64,000 nucleotides of DNA, from NCBI GenBank assembly GCA_050952625.1, contig JBMNLH010000001.1:512001-576000 (forward strand). Reading direction: 5' to 3'. The DNA is from Bacillota bacterium (lineage in GTDB: Bacteria > Bacillota > Ch66 > Ch109). The notes beneath the pieces were generated by a model that saw only the letters and a list, made by a program, of their open reading frames with translations, was not told the origin of the DNA and made no database searches. Shown here one piece after another: positions 29,527-39,702 of this stretch. Each line of letters opens with the position of its first letter. The stretch's first letter is position 1. The translations under genes were made by a program, and so were the position numbers.

Positions 29527-30777
29527 GTGGAATTACATGAGCTGCATCAAGTAATTAACGTATTTGTGGATTTATTGCGTCATACTGATTTTGTGGCTGG
29601 ATTTTTGGTTGCCATAATTTTCGGTGCTTACCGCCTCATTCGGCCGATCAGCTTAAACTTCGTGATCGTTAACCTGTTGAGTCTTGCCTTTTTGATAATT
29701 ATGTATAATCTGGACACGATCGTGGTGGCCGGCATTATAACTTTGTTCATTTTCGGGCTTTGTCAAGGAATCGAGAGATTGACTGGGAGAATCCGCTGGG
29801 TTTTCGCCCTGATTGGGGTACTGTCTGCCGTGGGGCTTCTGGCAGTCTATAAATATTCCTTAATTCGAGAAGGCATAGAGTTTCTCTATCCTTCTTTTAG
29901 TCTGACTGTTCAGATTTTTGGCATCTCGTACTTCACCTTTAAGCTGATTCATGTCATAGTTGATACGTATTGTCGCCGAATCGAAGCGGTCCGTTTAAGC
30001 AGCCTTCTTTCTTATATTTTCTTTTTCCCCGCTTTTTTATCTGGTCCGATTGATCGTTACCAAAACTTCAGCGGTTTTCGCCGGCATTGGGGAACAATAG
30101 CTGAGCAGGATGTTAATTATGGCTTGGAGCGGATTATCTATGGACTCTTCCAAAAGTTTGTGCTGGCTGACTACATTCGCGACTGGATAATTCCGGTTTT
30201 AGGGAACATCTATCAATTCCCCCAGGGTTATGTAGCTCTGTGTGCGGCCATGTATTCTTTTCAACTCTATTTTGACTTTGCCGGCTACTCAAATCTAGCC
30301 ATTGGCACAGCCCGTCTGTTTGGCTATCGGTTGCCAGAAAATTTTAACCGTCCTTACTTAAAGCGTAATTTACGGGAGTTTTGGCGAAGCTGGCACATGA
30401 GTCTAACCAGTTGGCTGCGGGACTACGTCTATATTCCTCTAGGAGGAAGCCGTCGCAGCTACTGCCGGACCCTGTTAAACACACTGGTGCTGATGGCGGT
30501 GTGTGGGATTTGGCACGGAAGCACCTGGAATTTTTTGATTTGGGGTGTGTATCACGGATTGGGCTTAGTGGCAGTCAGAGTCTATGGAAGTTTATTGCAG
30601 ACCCTGCCGGATGCAAGGCTCTGGAATCAGTTAAAGACATTTTTAAAGCACAGTTGGTTTAGTTATGCAGTTAGTTTGGTTATGACTTTTATCTTTGTGG
30701 CTGTCGGATGGGTGTTTTTCTTTAATTCCTGGGAAGCCAGTTTGCAAATTATCCGGTATGTCGTTTCTGGTGATTAA
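29527..30777 (+). CDS. MBOAT family O-acyltransferase (AlgI/DltB-like)
   Basis: GISYFTF, SGPIDRY, DFAGYS, ENFNRPY, FWRSWHMSL, WHG. Confidence 0.92.
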   Translation: MELHELHQVINVFVDLLRHTDFVAGFLVAIIFGAYRLIRPISLNFVIVNLLSLAFLIIMYNLDTIVVAGIITLFIFGLCQGIERLTGRIRWVFALIGVLSAVGLLAVYKYSLIREGIEFLYPSFSLTVQIFGISYFTFKLIHVIVDTYCRRIEAVRLSSLLSYIFFFPAFLSGPIDRYQNFSGFRRHWGTIAEQDVNYGLERIIYGLFQKFVLADYIRDWIIPVLGNIYQFPQGYVALCAAMYSFQLYFDFAGYSNLAIGTARLFGYRLPENFNRPYLKRNLREFWRSWHMSLTSWLRDYVYIPLGGSRRSYCRTLLNTLVLMAVCGIWHGSTWNFLIWGVYHGLGLVAVRVYGSLLQTLPDARLWNQLKTFLKHSWFSYAVSLVMTFIFVAVGWVFFFNSWEASLQIIRYVVSGD

Positions 30778-31097
30778 TAATCCTTAGACCCAGAGGAATC
30801 AAAGCAAAATCAAAATCGGGACAACGAAGTCCCTCTGTCCATAGGTGGTGTTAATCGAAAATGAAAAAACCGGATCGCTTTGTGTTTTACCGAAGGTTAA
30901 TCGACCGAGACAGCGCACCTGCCCCCCTGTCTCGAATAATCAAGGTGCTATGGTTGTTTCTTTTGCTCGTTGCTTTTTTAGTTTTAAGAAAGCCCGATTC
31001 TAGTTTTATTTATGGAGGTTTTTAACGATCCAGGAAAAGGATTTTCTCTCTAATGCACCGAATTTTAGATTAAGATGTCGAAGAGGAGGCGGAGACC

Positions 31098-31382
31098 TTG
31101 AAAAGTCCAGCAGAGACCCAAGCTGAACAGTTAAGGGTTGCAGTGAAAATTTATGGGGAAGAATATGTGGTGCGAGGAACGTCTTCTCGAGAGCACATTC
31201 TTAAGATTGCCGCTCAGGTGGATGAGAAGATGTCGCTAATATCCCGAAGAAACCCTAACCTTTCTCCGAAAAAGCTGGCGATACTAACGGCACTTAATAT
31301 AGCTGATGAATTAAGTCAATTACAAGAGGATTACGATAATCTAGTTAAACTATTAGATGATAGTCCTCCGGATAATGGATAA
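31098..31382 (+). CDS. zapA: Cell division protein ZapA
   Basis: VKIYGEEY, VDEKM, LAILTALNIADE. Confidence 0.9.
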   Translation: MKSPAETQAEQLRVAVKIYGEEYVVRGTSSREHILKIAAQVDEKMSLISRRNPNLSPKKLAILTALNIADELSQLQEDYDNLVKLLDDSPPDNG

Positions 31383-32682
31383 AATAAGTAAAAGGGAGTG
31401 GATCCTCCACTTGCTGGGTCGTAAACTGTTTCGCCGTCAGAGTAGTCGAGTTCCTTTGGGATTAGCTTTGAGCTTTGCTCAAGAGCTTCAAAAATATCTT
31501 GAATCCCTTCCAGAGGTATTAAACGTCAGCCTCGCTGGAAGTGCCCGGCGCTGGAAGGAATCAGTAGGAGATATAGATTTAGTCGTCGCTACCCGAGAGC
31601 CGAACAAGGTAGCCGAGAAGTTTGTTAAGCATCCCCGATTGAGCCATGTTTTAGAACAGGCCCCGGATCGAATCCTGGTTTGTTCGCGTCTGGGGATCAA
31701 GGTTGAATTGATTCAAGTTCCACCCGAGGAGTTTTACCTGACCGTTTTTCGGGATACCGGATCGAAAGCCCACTGGCTGCATCTGGAGCAAGTGCTGGCT
31801 GAACGTGGAATTACCCCTGAGCTGGTTCAGGGTAATTCCGTTGAGGAATTCGAAAAGGGAGTCTATGCGGCTCTTGGCCTGGCGTACATCCCGCCAGAAT
31901 TACGTGAGGATCAAGGCGAAATAGAAGCGGCGGTCCAGGGGAAACTCCCACAATTATTGGAGCTTGGGGATATCAAGGGAGATTTGCACGTTCATACTAA
32001 TTGGAGCGATGGGATACATACTTTGCCGCAAATGGCCGATGCGGCTCGGGCGCGGGGCTATGAATATATAGCCATTACTGATCATTCCAAATCGCTGCGG
32101 ATAACGCATGGGCTTAGTGAAAAAAGGATCTTAGAGCAGCGAAAATTAATCGATCAGTATAATCGGGAGCACCCTGATTTCCGAGTTCTGGCGGGGATAG
32201 AAGTGGATATCTTGAGCAGCTCAGCTTTGGACTACCCAGATGATTTTTTAAAAGATATGGATATCGTTATCGCCTCGGTCCATACCGGTTTTAAACAAGA
32301 TCAAAAACGACTTACAGAACGGATCTTAACCGCGATAAAGAATGAACACGTAGATATTATAGCTCATCCGACCGGCCGATTGCTGGGACGTCGAGAGCCT
32401 TATCCACTAGATTTGGAGGAAGTGCTTGAGGTAGCGGCAACAACGCAGACGGCTGTAGAGATTAACGCCTCCCCGGACCGACTGGATCTGAACGATGCCA
32501 ACAGCCGCTGCCTAATGGAACAGGGCGGTTTACTCGCCATCAATACGGATGCCCATGACTGTCATCGTTTGGCGGATATGGAATTCGGTGTAATGACAGC
32601 CCGTCGGGGATGGGTAGAGAAAAAATCTGTAATTAATAGTTGGTCCTTAAAAAACCTCGAGCGATGGTTAGACAAAGGCTAA
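31375..32682 (+). CDS. polX: DNA polymerase X/PHP, N-terminally shortened
   Basis: AGSARR..VGDIDLVV palm, YIPPELRED and PHP motifs (HVHT.WSDG, TDH, AHPTGR, NTDAH). Lyase/HhH N-terminus is absent. Confidence 0.85.
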   Translation: MDKISKREWILHLLGRKLFRRQSSRVPLGLALSFAQELQKYLESLPEVLNVSLAGSARRWKESVGDIDLVVATREPNKVAEKFVKHPRLSHVLEQAPDRILVCSRLGIKVELIQVPPEEFYLTVFRDTGSKAHWLHLEQVLAERGITPELVQGNSVEEFEKGVYAALGLAYIPPELREDQGEIEAAVQGKLPQLLELGDIKGDLHVHTNWSDGIHTLPQMADAARARGYEYIAITDHSKSLRITHGLSEKRILEQRKLIDQYNREHPDFRVLAGIEVDILSSSALDYPDDFLKDMDIVIASVHTGFKQDQKRLTERILTAIKNEHVDIIAHPTGRLLGRREPYPLDLEEVLEVAATTQTAVEINASPDRLDLNDANSRCLMEQGGLLAINTDAHDCHRLADMEFGVMTARRGWVEKKSVINSWSLKNLERWLDKG

Positions 32683-32927
32683 TACTTTTGAGGTGTTATT
32701 TATTCTAATATTCATCAAACAATCTTAAAACAATATTAAGCGGGTAGACTTTATATATAATCATTGATACTCTTTGTGATTAACAGACTTCCGGGGGTGG
32801 GAAGCTGTTGACTAACAAGCATGACTCCGGTTGATGGTTAGGGCAGTATTCCATGGGTCGTTTGTTCTTCGTTCAGACCTGGCTTGACTCTAACAGCACT
32901 GTAAATTAAATAAAGGAGGAAGATGTT

Positions 32928-33878
32928 TTGAAATTACGGGCAATTTACGAACGGGCAGTTCAACTGGGTATGGAAGCTGATCCGCGAGGGCCAGAGGAGA
33001 TTCAGCGTCTTTTAGAACAGGTTAGAAATGAATATGCTGACTTAAAAGAAGAAGACAAACCGTTTTTCGATCAGGAGCGGTTATTTAATCCGTACAGTGA
33101 TACCCGCATTTTACATGGGGCTGACGATTTAGAGGTGCATAGAATTATTGCCGGGATTGATATGGAGATAGGCGAAGTGATGCTGGCTGACCGGCTTAGA
33201 GAAAAAGGTGTGGGGATTGATTTGATTTTATCCCACCATCCGGAAGGAAAGGCCCTCGCTGCATTACATGATGTGATGCATTTACAAGAGGATATTATGC
33301 ATCAACTGGGTGTACCGATTAACGTGGCTGAGGGGATAATGGCCAGCCGGATTTCTGAAGTCCACCGAGGGTTTTTACCGGTAAATCATAACCGGGCGGT
33401 CAATGCCGCTCAAATCCTTGATTTGCCTTTTATGTGCGTCCATACCCCAGCCGATAACCTGGTCACGCGTTTCCTTAATCAATTATTTGCCGCGAAGAGT
33501 CCACGGACCGTAGGGGATGTTGTCAAGATTCTGAAAGAGGTGCCCGAATATCGGGAAGCTCGTAAGTCGAAGGCCGGTCCGGAGATTGTCGCCGGCTCAG
33601 AGAAAAAACGAGCAGGTCAGATCTACGTCGATATGACCGGTGGCACCAGCGGCCCCGATACAGCTTACGAGAAGTTAGCCCGGGCTGGTGTCGGGACAAT
33701 TGTCGCGATGCATATCCCAGAAAAACACCGAACCGAGGCAGAAAAACAGCATATTAATGTCATAATTGCCGGACATATGGCCAGTGACTCCCTGGGGCTT
33801 AATCTATTTCTCGACCACCTGGAGCAACAAGGACTTGAGGTGATCCCCTGCTCTGGCTTGATTCGCGTATGCCGCTAA
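32928..33878 (+). CDS. Nif3-like (NGG1p-interacting factor) dinuclear metal protein
   Basis: NPYSDTR, SHHPEG, HTPADN, GHMASDSLG.N. Confidence 0.8.
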   Translation: MKLRAIYERAVQLGMEADPRGPEEIQRLLEQVRNEYADLKEEDKPFFDQERLFNPYSDTRILHGADDLEVHRIIAGIDMEIGEVMLADRLREKGVGIDLILSHHPEGKALAALHDVMHLQEDIMHQLGVPINVAEGIMASRISEVHRGFLPVNHNRAVNAAQILDLPFMCVHTPADNLVTRFLNQLFAAKSPRTVGDVVKILKEVPEYREARKSKAGPEIVAGSEKKRAGQIYVDMTGGTSGPDTAYEKLARAGVGTIVAMHIPEKHRTEAEKQHINVIIAGHMASDSLGLNLFLDHLEQQGLEVIPCSGLIRVCR

Positions 33879-33924
33879 CTAACCAGAGGGACGGTTCTTC
33901 CGGCCGGTTTGACTAAAGCGGTTT

Positions 33925-34051
33925 TATCTGAATCAAAAGACTCCCACTTCTATAAGCGGGGGTTACCTTGTTTAAACTTCAGGTTTAAACTTCAAGTGGA
34001 GTAGAGTCTCAGTAGAGTCTCCATCTGAAGCCTCGATGTTCAGCAAAGCTT
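33925..34051 (-). repeat. Dispersed repeat family A copy with internal short duplications
   Basis: ATCTGAATCAAAAGACTCCCACTTCTATAAG...AGTAGAGTCTC x2...CCATCTGAAGCCTCGATGTTCAGC, flanked by CCAGAGGGACGGTTCTTC copies. Confidence 0.8.
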
Positions 34052-34233
34052 GGCAGCCAGAGGGACGGTTCTTCTGGCTGTTGTAACCAACCGGAGGGGT
34101 TGGTTCTTCCAACTGTTGGACAGTTAATACTCTAAAAATAATTACGCTCGTGTTTTAACCCGGTCAGCAGGTTAAACTGTGAACGAGGATAGAGGCTAAA
34201 TGATGTAAACTACCAATCGGGTCTTGGCAGCGG

Positions 34234-37071
34234 TTGTCTAAATGGAGGTCGTATATTATGGAGTGGGAGATAAGAAATAGTCACTTTCAGGTCCTAGGTA
34301 ACATTAACTATTCGCCTAATAATCGGCCAAAGCTAAAGCCAGAATTGTTAGCACCAGCCGGCGAGATGGCTGCCTTGAAAGCAGCGGTAGAAAATGGAGC
34401 GGATGCTGTTTATTTAGGCGGCAAGGCTTTTAGTGCCCGGGCTTCGGCTGCTAATTTCTCTCATTCCGAATTAATAGAGGCAGTCAAGTATGCTCATTTG
34501 CGCGGGGTTAAGGTTTATGTCGCGGTCAATACCCTGATTGATAACCAAGAGATGGCTGAGGCCTTGGAGTATGCTTTCTTTTTACACCAGATTGGCGTGG
34601 ATGCTTTGATTATCCAGGATTTAGGTCTTTTGTTTGCCTTGCGTCGGGTGTTGCCGGAACTAAAGCTGCATGCCAGCACGCAAATGACCATTCATAATGC
34701 TGAGGGAGTCCGTTTTTTAGCTAAATGGGGGGTAGACCGGGTTGTCTTAGCCCGGGAGGTTTCCCTGGAGCAAATCGCCCGGATTCACGCACAGACTAGC
34801 TGTGAACTGGAAGTATTTATTCACGGGGCCTTGTGCATCAGCTATTCCGGGCAGTGCCTGCTGAGCAGTTTTATTGGCGGGCGCAGCGGGAATCGAGGCC
34901 GGTGCGCCCAGCCCTGCCGCTTAGCCTACAGTCTGGAACCGGCCGGGACCGAATCCACAAAGCCCCCAGCCAGGGGTGAGACCAGCCATCTATTGAGTAC
35001 GCGTGACTTAAACAGCCTGGAGTTATTACCCCAGTTGGTCAAGGCCGGCGTTAGTTCTCTGAAGATTGAGGGCCGAATGAAACGACCTGAGTATGTCGCC
35101 ACGGTGGTTCGGATCTATCGTCAAGCTCTAGATCGTCTTTTCGATAACCCGGCAGATTTTCAGGTTAACGCCGCAGAGAAACGCGACCTGGAGCAAATAT
35201 TTAATCGAGACTTTACTCCCGGTTATCTACTAGGTAATCCTGGGGGTAACTTAATGAGCCATCAGCGGCCTAATAACCGGGGTGTTTATTTGGGTCGAGT
35301 CATCCACTATGACCGTCAAAATAAGCAGGCCCGCATCAAATTGGAGGATACTTTGCGTTGTGGTGATGGCATTGAGATCTGGGTCACTAAAGGCGGTCGC
35401 CAGGGATTGACCGCGAATAAGCTGCTGGTCAAAGGGACACCACGGGAAGAAGCATATGCTGGAGAAGAAGCAATTATTGCTGGCGAAGCGGCGATGCACC
35501 CGGGTGATCGGGTTTTTAAGACTTATGATGGGCAACTAATGAGCCGGGCTCTAGAATCTTTTCGCCAACCCCAACGCCGGATTCCGTTGCGCGTTAAGGT
35601 TACGGCCGTAGTGGGGGAGCCGCTGGTCCTGGAAGCAGCAGACCCGGATAACAACCGGTGTCGGGTGGCCACTGAATTTATCGGGCAGGTTGCGGAACGC
35701 CGTCCCCTGACCCAGGATTTAGTTTATCAGCAGCTAAACCGGTTGGGTAATACCGTTTTTTGTTTAGACCAGCTCGAATTTGACTTAGCTCCGGATGTGA
35801 TTATCCCAGTTAGTGAGCTTAATCAGGTTCGCCGGAAAATGGTCGCAGAACTAGAGGAAAAAAGGTTAACCCGGGCTCGAGGACCGGAAGTCTCCCAAGC
35901 TGAGTTTCGGGAGCGGCTCCGAAAAGCCCCGGAAATGGATTCGAGACCAGGAAAAACAAAAACTAGGGCAACAATTGAAGCCGCCCAAAAAGAAAGTTCC
36001 CGGAACACAAGAAATAAACCAATGTCTGAAAATACACAAACGACCGAGGTGTCGGCTGCTGTGGTCAGCCAGTTGCCGAGGCTTTCGGTAGCTGTTGGTG
36101 ATCTGGCATCTGCCTGGGCAGCCTTAGTGGCCGGCGCAGATCAGATTTATTTACCGGAGGTTTCCTTCCGCAGTAAAGCCAGGGCAGACCGACACTTACT
36201 AGATAAGCTGATTGAGTCCGGACGGCAAAGAAAGGTTCGGCTGTTGGCGACCCTGCCGCGAATTATGGCGGAAACCGACCGGGAACGGGTCCAGCGTCGG
36301 ATTGAGGAATGGGAAAAGGTAACCCGGGAGGGAGCGTCAAATTTGGGCTGGTTGGTGGGCAACCCCGGGGGGATTGAGCTGCTGTTGAATCAGCCTAAGA
36401 CATTACTTTATGCTGACTATCCATTGAACTGCTTTAACACCGATGCAGTTCAAACCCTCTTACAGCTAGGGTTGACGCAGGTCACCCTTTCGCCGGAGCT
36501 GAACTATGAACAGCTTAAGGCCTTTGCCTTTAAACCAGCGGCGTTAGAGGTGATCGTCCATGGTTCCTGGCCGCTGATGGTTTCCGAACATTGTGTGGTG
36601 GGAGCAGTCCGCGGCCGGCGGGCTACAGACCAGCCTTGTCAGGGGCCGTGTCCGGGACAAAACTTTTCTCTCAAAGACCGGCTGGGGTTTCTTTTCCCGG
36701 TGGAAATGGATGAGAATTGTCGGATGTATCTATATAACCCAAAAGTTTTAGATCTAATTGACAATTTGGATCGTCTGACTTATCTAGGTTTTGGTTCTTT
36801 GCGGCTGGAGGTCCGACGGGAGTCGCCTGAATACGTCCGGGAAACGGTTCAAGTGTACCGCGAGGAATTAAACCGCTTGCCGGAAGTACTGGCTAAACAA
36901 GCCGGACCTGATCGGTTCGGTTGGACTATCGGCCAGTTGACTGACAGACGGTTTACTGAAGCGGGATTGAGCTATACTCCGCTCGCAACCAATCGAGAGA
37001 GGCTCAAACGACTGGCCCCGGCTGGTTTGACCCGAGGGCACTTTTATCGAGGGGTAGTCGCGGTGGAGTAA
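34234..37071 (+). CDS. U32 peptidase family protein with DUF3656 (RlhA-like RNA hydroxylase)
   Basis: PELLAPAG, HASTQ, HGALCISYSGQC, RGRCAQPCR, LKIEGRMK. Start may be at 34258 or later. Confidence 0.85.
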   Translation: MSKWRSYIMEWEIRNSHFQVLGNINYSPNNRPKLKPELLAPAGEMAALKAAVENGADAVYLGGKAFSARASAANFSHSELIEAVKYAHLRGVKVYVAVNTLIDNQEMAEALEYAFFLHQIGVDALIIQDLGLLFALRRVLPELKLHASTQMTIHNAEGVRFLAKWGVDRVVLAREVSLEQIARIHAQTSCELEVFIHGALCISYSGQCLLSSFIGGRSGNRGRCAQPCRLAYSLEPAGTESTKPPARGETSHLLSTRDLNSLELLPQLVKAGVSSLKIEGRMKRPEYVATVVRIYRQALDRLFDNPADFQVNAAEKRDLEQIFNRDFTPGYLLGNPGGNLMSHQRPNNRGVYLGRVIHYDRQNKQARIKLEDTLRCGDGIEIWVTKGGRQGLTANKLLVKGTPREEAYAGEEAIIAGEAAMHPGDRVFKTYDGQLMSRALESFRQPQRRIPLRVKVTAVVGEPLVLEAADPDNNRCRVATEFIGQVAERRPLTQDLVYQQLNRLGNTVFCLDQLEFDLAPDVIIPVSELNQVRRKMVAELEEKRLTRARGPEVSQAEFRERLRKAPEMDSRPGKTKTRATIEAAQKESSRNTRNKPMSENTQTTEVSAAVVSQLPRLSVAVGDLASAWAALVAGADQIYLPEVSFRSKARADRHLLDKLIESGRQRKVRLLATLPRIMAETDRERVQRRIEEWEKVTREGASNLGWLVGNPGGIELLLNQPKTLLYADYPLNCFNTDAVQTLLQLGLTQVTLSPELNYEQLKAFAFKPAALEVIVHGSWPLMVSEHCVVGAVRGRRATDQPCQGPCPGQNFSLKDRLGFLFPVEMDENCRMYLYNPKVLDLIDNLDRLTYLGFGSLRLEVRRESPEYVRETVQVYREELNRLPEVLAKQAGPDRFGWTIGQLTDRRFTEAGLSYTPLATNRERLKRLAPAGLTRGHFYRGVVAVE

Positions 37072-37168
37072 TTCATTCAGCTTCGCTGAACATTGAAACT
37101 TCAGATATAGAGACTTTATTCGACCTGAAGTTACCCCCACTTATAGGTGTGGGAGTCTGTTGATGCAT
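37065..37168 (+). repeat. Dispersed repeat family A copy
   Basis: GTAATTCATTCAGCTTCGCTGAACATTG...CCCCCACTTATAGGTGTGGGAGTC, overlapping the U32 stop codon. Confidence 0.75.
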
Positions 37169-37218
37169 ATATAGTATTATCTAATGATTGAATCTTGCAG
37201 GTCCGAATGCTAGAATGA

Positions 37219-39702
37219 ATGCATTTGGTAGGGGGGATATTGATGCTGGAACGGACACTGCAAAAGCTGGAATTTGATAAGTTGCTGGAAAAATTACAAG
37301 CACACTGTACTTGTAGCCTGGGCCGAGAGAAGGCCGAGGCTTTACTTCCGTCTATTCAATTACCGGTAATCATCAATTGGCAGCAAGAAACTTCGGAAGC
37401 TAAGGAAATCCTGCGGCGCGATCCTTTGCTCCCGCTGGGCGGGATCTGGGATATTCGGGCCGCTTTATGGAAAGCGGAAATGGGGGGCATTTTGGATCCC
37501 TCAGAATTACTCCAGGTTAGCTCGACACTGGCGGTGAGTCGCCGGTTAAAACACTTTTTACTGGGACGAACTGCTCCCGAGACTATAATTGGTCAATTAG
37601 CCGGTCAGTTAGGGATTTTTCATGAGCTGGAAAAAAAGGTTGAGGAATGCATCAGTGATGAAGCTGAGGTCAAGGATTCAGCTTCCCCGACCTTGCTGCG
37701 GCTCCGGCGTCAATTAGCAGTTTTACAAAGTCGGGTCCGGGAGAAGCTGGATAGTATTTTACGTCAGACAGAGCTGCAAAAATATCTGCAAGAAGCTATT
37801 ATTACGATGCGTGGGGATCGGTACGTGGTCCCGGTCAAACAAGAGTATCGTCACCAAGTCCCCGGGATAATTCATGATCAATCCGCCAGTGGGGCTACCG
37901 TTTATATTGAACCGATGGTGGTCGTGCAAATTAATAACGAGATTCGGCGGCAACAGGCAGAAGAACGGGAAGAGGTGCGGCGCATTTTACGCGAGCTAAC
38001 TGGACAAGTAGGGGCACAGACCATTGAAATTCGCGAGACCCTGGATGGATTGGCCCAACTCGATTTTGCCTTTGCCAAGGCGAAGCTCAGTCACGAGCAA
38101 GACGGCCTGGAACCGGTTTTAAACAATGCCGGTTGGCTGGATATTCATTTAGGTCGTCACCCATTGATCTCAGGCCGGGTCGTGCCGCTTTCAGTAAGCC
38201 TGGGGAAAGATTTTAATACCCTGGTGGTAACCGGGCCCAATACTGGGGGAAAAACAGTGGCCTTGAAGACGATTGGTTTACTCACCTTGATGGCTCAAGC
38301 TGGTCTGCACGTCCCGGCGGACCAGGGAACCTGCCTCAGTGTCTTTGAGCAAATCTTTGTGGACATCGGCGATGAGCAAAGTATTGAACAGTCATTAAGT
38401 ACCTTCTCATCCCATATGACCAATATTGTTGAAATCCTGCAACAGGTTAATGAACGCAGCCTGGTTTTACTAGATGAACTGGGGGCCGGTACAGATCCAA
38501 CCGAAGGAGCAGCCCTGGCCATTGCCATTTTAGAGCATCTGCTGGCTCAAGGGGCGCGAACTGTCGCCACTACCCACTACAGTGAGTTAAAAGTTTTCGC
38601 TTACAATCAGGCGCAAGTAGAAAATGCCTCGGTCGAATTCAATGCGGATACCCTGCAACCAACTTATCGGCTGCAATTGGGACTACCGGGTAAGAGCAAT
38701 GCCTTCGAGATTGCTGCCCGACTGGGACTGCAAGCGAGTATTGTTGAGGCGGCCCGGGGATACCTCTCGGCCGAGGAACTCCAGGTCGGAGATTTAATCC
38801 AAGATTTGAAGGAATCACAGCGAAAGAGTGAAGAAAATCAGCGAGAGACAGAAAAATTGCGACAAATGCAAGAGCGCGAGGAAGCAGAACTACGTCGGCG
38901 ACAAAGTGCCTGGCAGGAAAAAGAAACCCGCTTATTACAGCGGGCTCAAGAAGAAGCCATTGAGATCGTGCGGCAAGCGCGGAATGAAGCTGATCAAATT
39001 GTCCGTCAACTGCGGCAAATGCAAAAGGAGGCCGTTGACAAGGAAACACTTCGGCGGGCTCAAGAGGCGCAGGAACGCTTGCGGGATCGGGCTTCTCAAC
39101 TATATGAAGCCTGGACCAAGGTTTCAGACGAGGTTAACGAACGCTTGGGTCTGGTTGAACCTGAAGAACATACAGCTTTAAGTGACAACGGACAGCCAAA
39201 GATAGCATCAGACCAAGCGAAAAAGGCTCGGAAACGTTTGGGGCAGTTTAAACCAGGTGATCCGGTGCTAATTCCCCGGTTAAATCAGCGGGGCTATGTT
39301 TTAACAGCCGATTCCGCCACCGGAGAGGTACAGGTGCAGGCTGGTATCTTAAAAGTCACGGTTAAAGCAGCGGAGCTTCGGCCAGTTCAGGAGAAAACAG
39401 AGTATCGGGATTATTCCGGGTTAGGGAACCTAATGGCTTCAAAATCTCGGGAGATTTCGCCGGAAGTTCATCTGCGCGGGATGTTAGTCGATGAGGCTCT
39501 CATAGAATTGGAGAAATACCTGGACGATGCCTACTTGGCCGGGATGGCCGAGGTGCGGGTGATCCATGGTAAGGGGACCGGGACACTCCGGTCAGCGGTC
39601 AAACAATACCTGGCCAATCACCCGCACGTTAGCTCCTTCCGGTTAGGCGGTTATCAGGAGGGAGGCATTGGAGTCACGGTGGTTCAGTTAAAAAGCGGTT
39701 AG
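37219..39702 (+). CDS. mutS2: Endonuclease MutS2
   Basis: TGPNTGGKT, QSLSTFSSH, LDELGAGTDP, Smr domain (IHGKGTG). Likely start 37243. Confidence 0.95.
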   Translation: MHLVGGILMLERTLQKLEFDKLLEKLQAHCTCSLGREKAEALLPSIQLPVIINWQQETSEAKEILRRDPLLPLGGIWDIRAALWKAEMGGILDPSELLQVSSTLAVSRRLKHFLLGRTAPETIIGQLAGQLGIFHELEKKVEECISDEAEVKDSASPTLLRLRRQLAVLQSRVREKLDSILRQTELQKYLQEAIITMRGDRYVVPVKQEYRHQVPGIIHDQSASGATVYIEPMVVVQINNEIRRQQAEEREEVRRILRELTGQVGAQTIEIRETLDGLAQLDFAFAKAKLSHEQDGLEPVLNNAGWLDIHLGRHPLISGRVVPLSVSLGKDFNTLVVTGPNTGGKTVALKTIGLLTLMAQAGLHVPADQGTCLSVFEQIFVDIGDEQSIEQSLSTFSSHMTNIVEILQQVNERSLVLLDELGAGTDPTEGAALAIAILEHLLAQGARTVATTHYSELKVFAYNQAQVENASVEFNADTLQPTYRLQLGLPGKSNAFEIAARLGLQASIVEAARGYLSAEELQVGDLIQDLKESQRKSEENQRETEKLRQMQEREEAELRRRQSAWQEKETRLLQRAQEEAIEIVRQARNEADQIVRQLRQMQKEAVDKETLRRAQEAQERLRDRASQLYEAWTKVSDEVNERLGLVEPEEHTALSDNGQPKIASDQAKKARKRLGQFKPGDPVLIPRLNQRGYVLTADSATGEVQVQAGILKVTVKAAELRPVQEKTEYRDYSGLGNLMASKSREISPEVHLRGMLVDEALIELEKYLDDAYLAGMAEVRVIHGKGTGTLRSAVKQYLANHPHVSSFRLGGYQEGGIGVTVVQLKSG

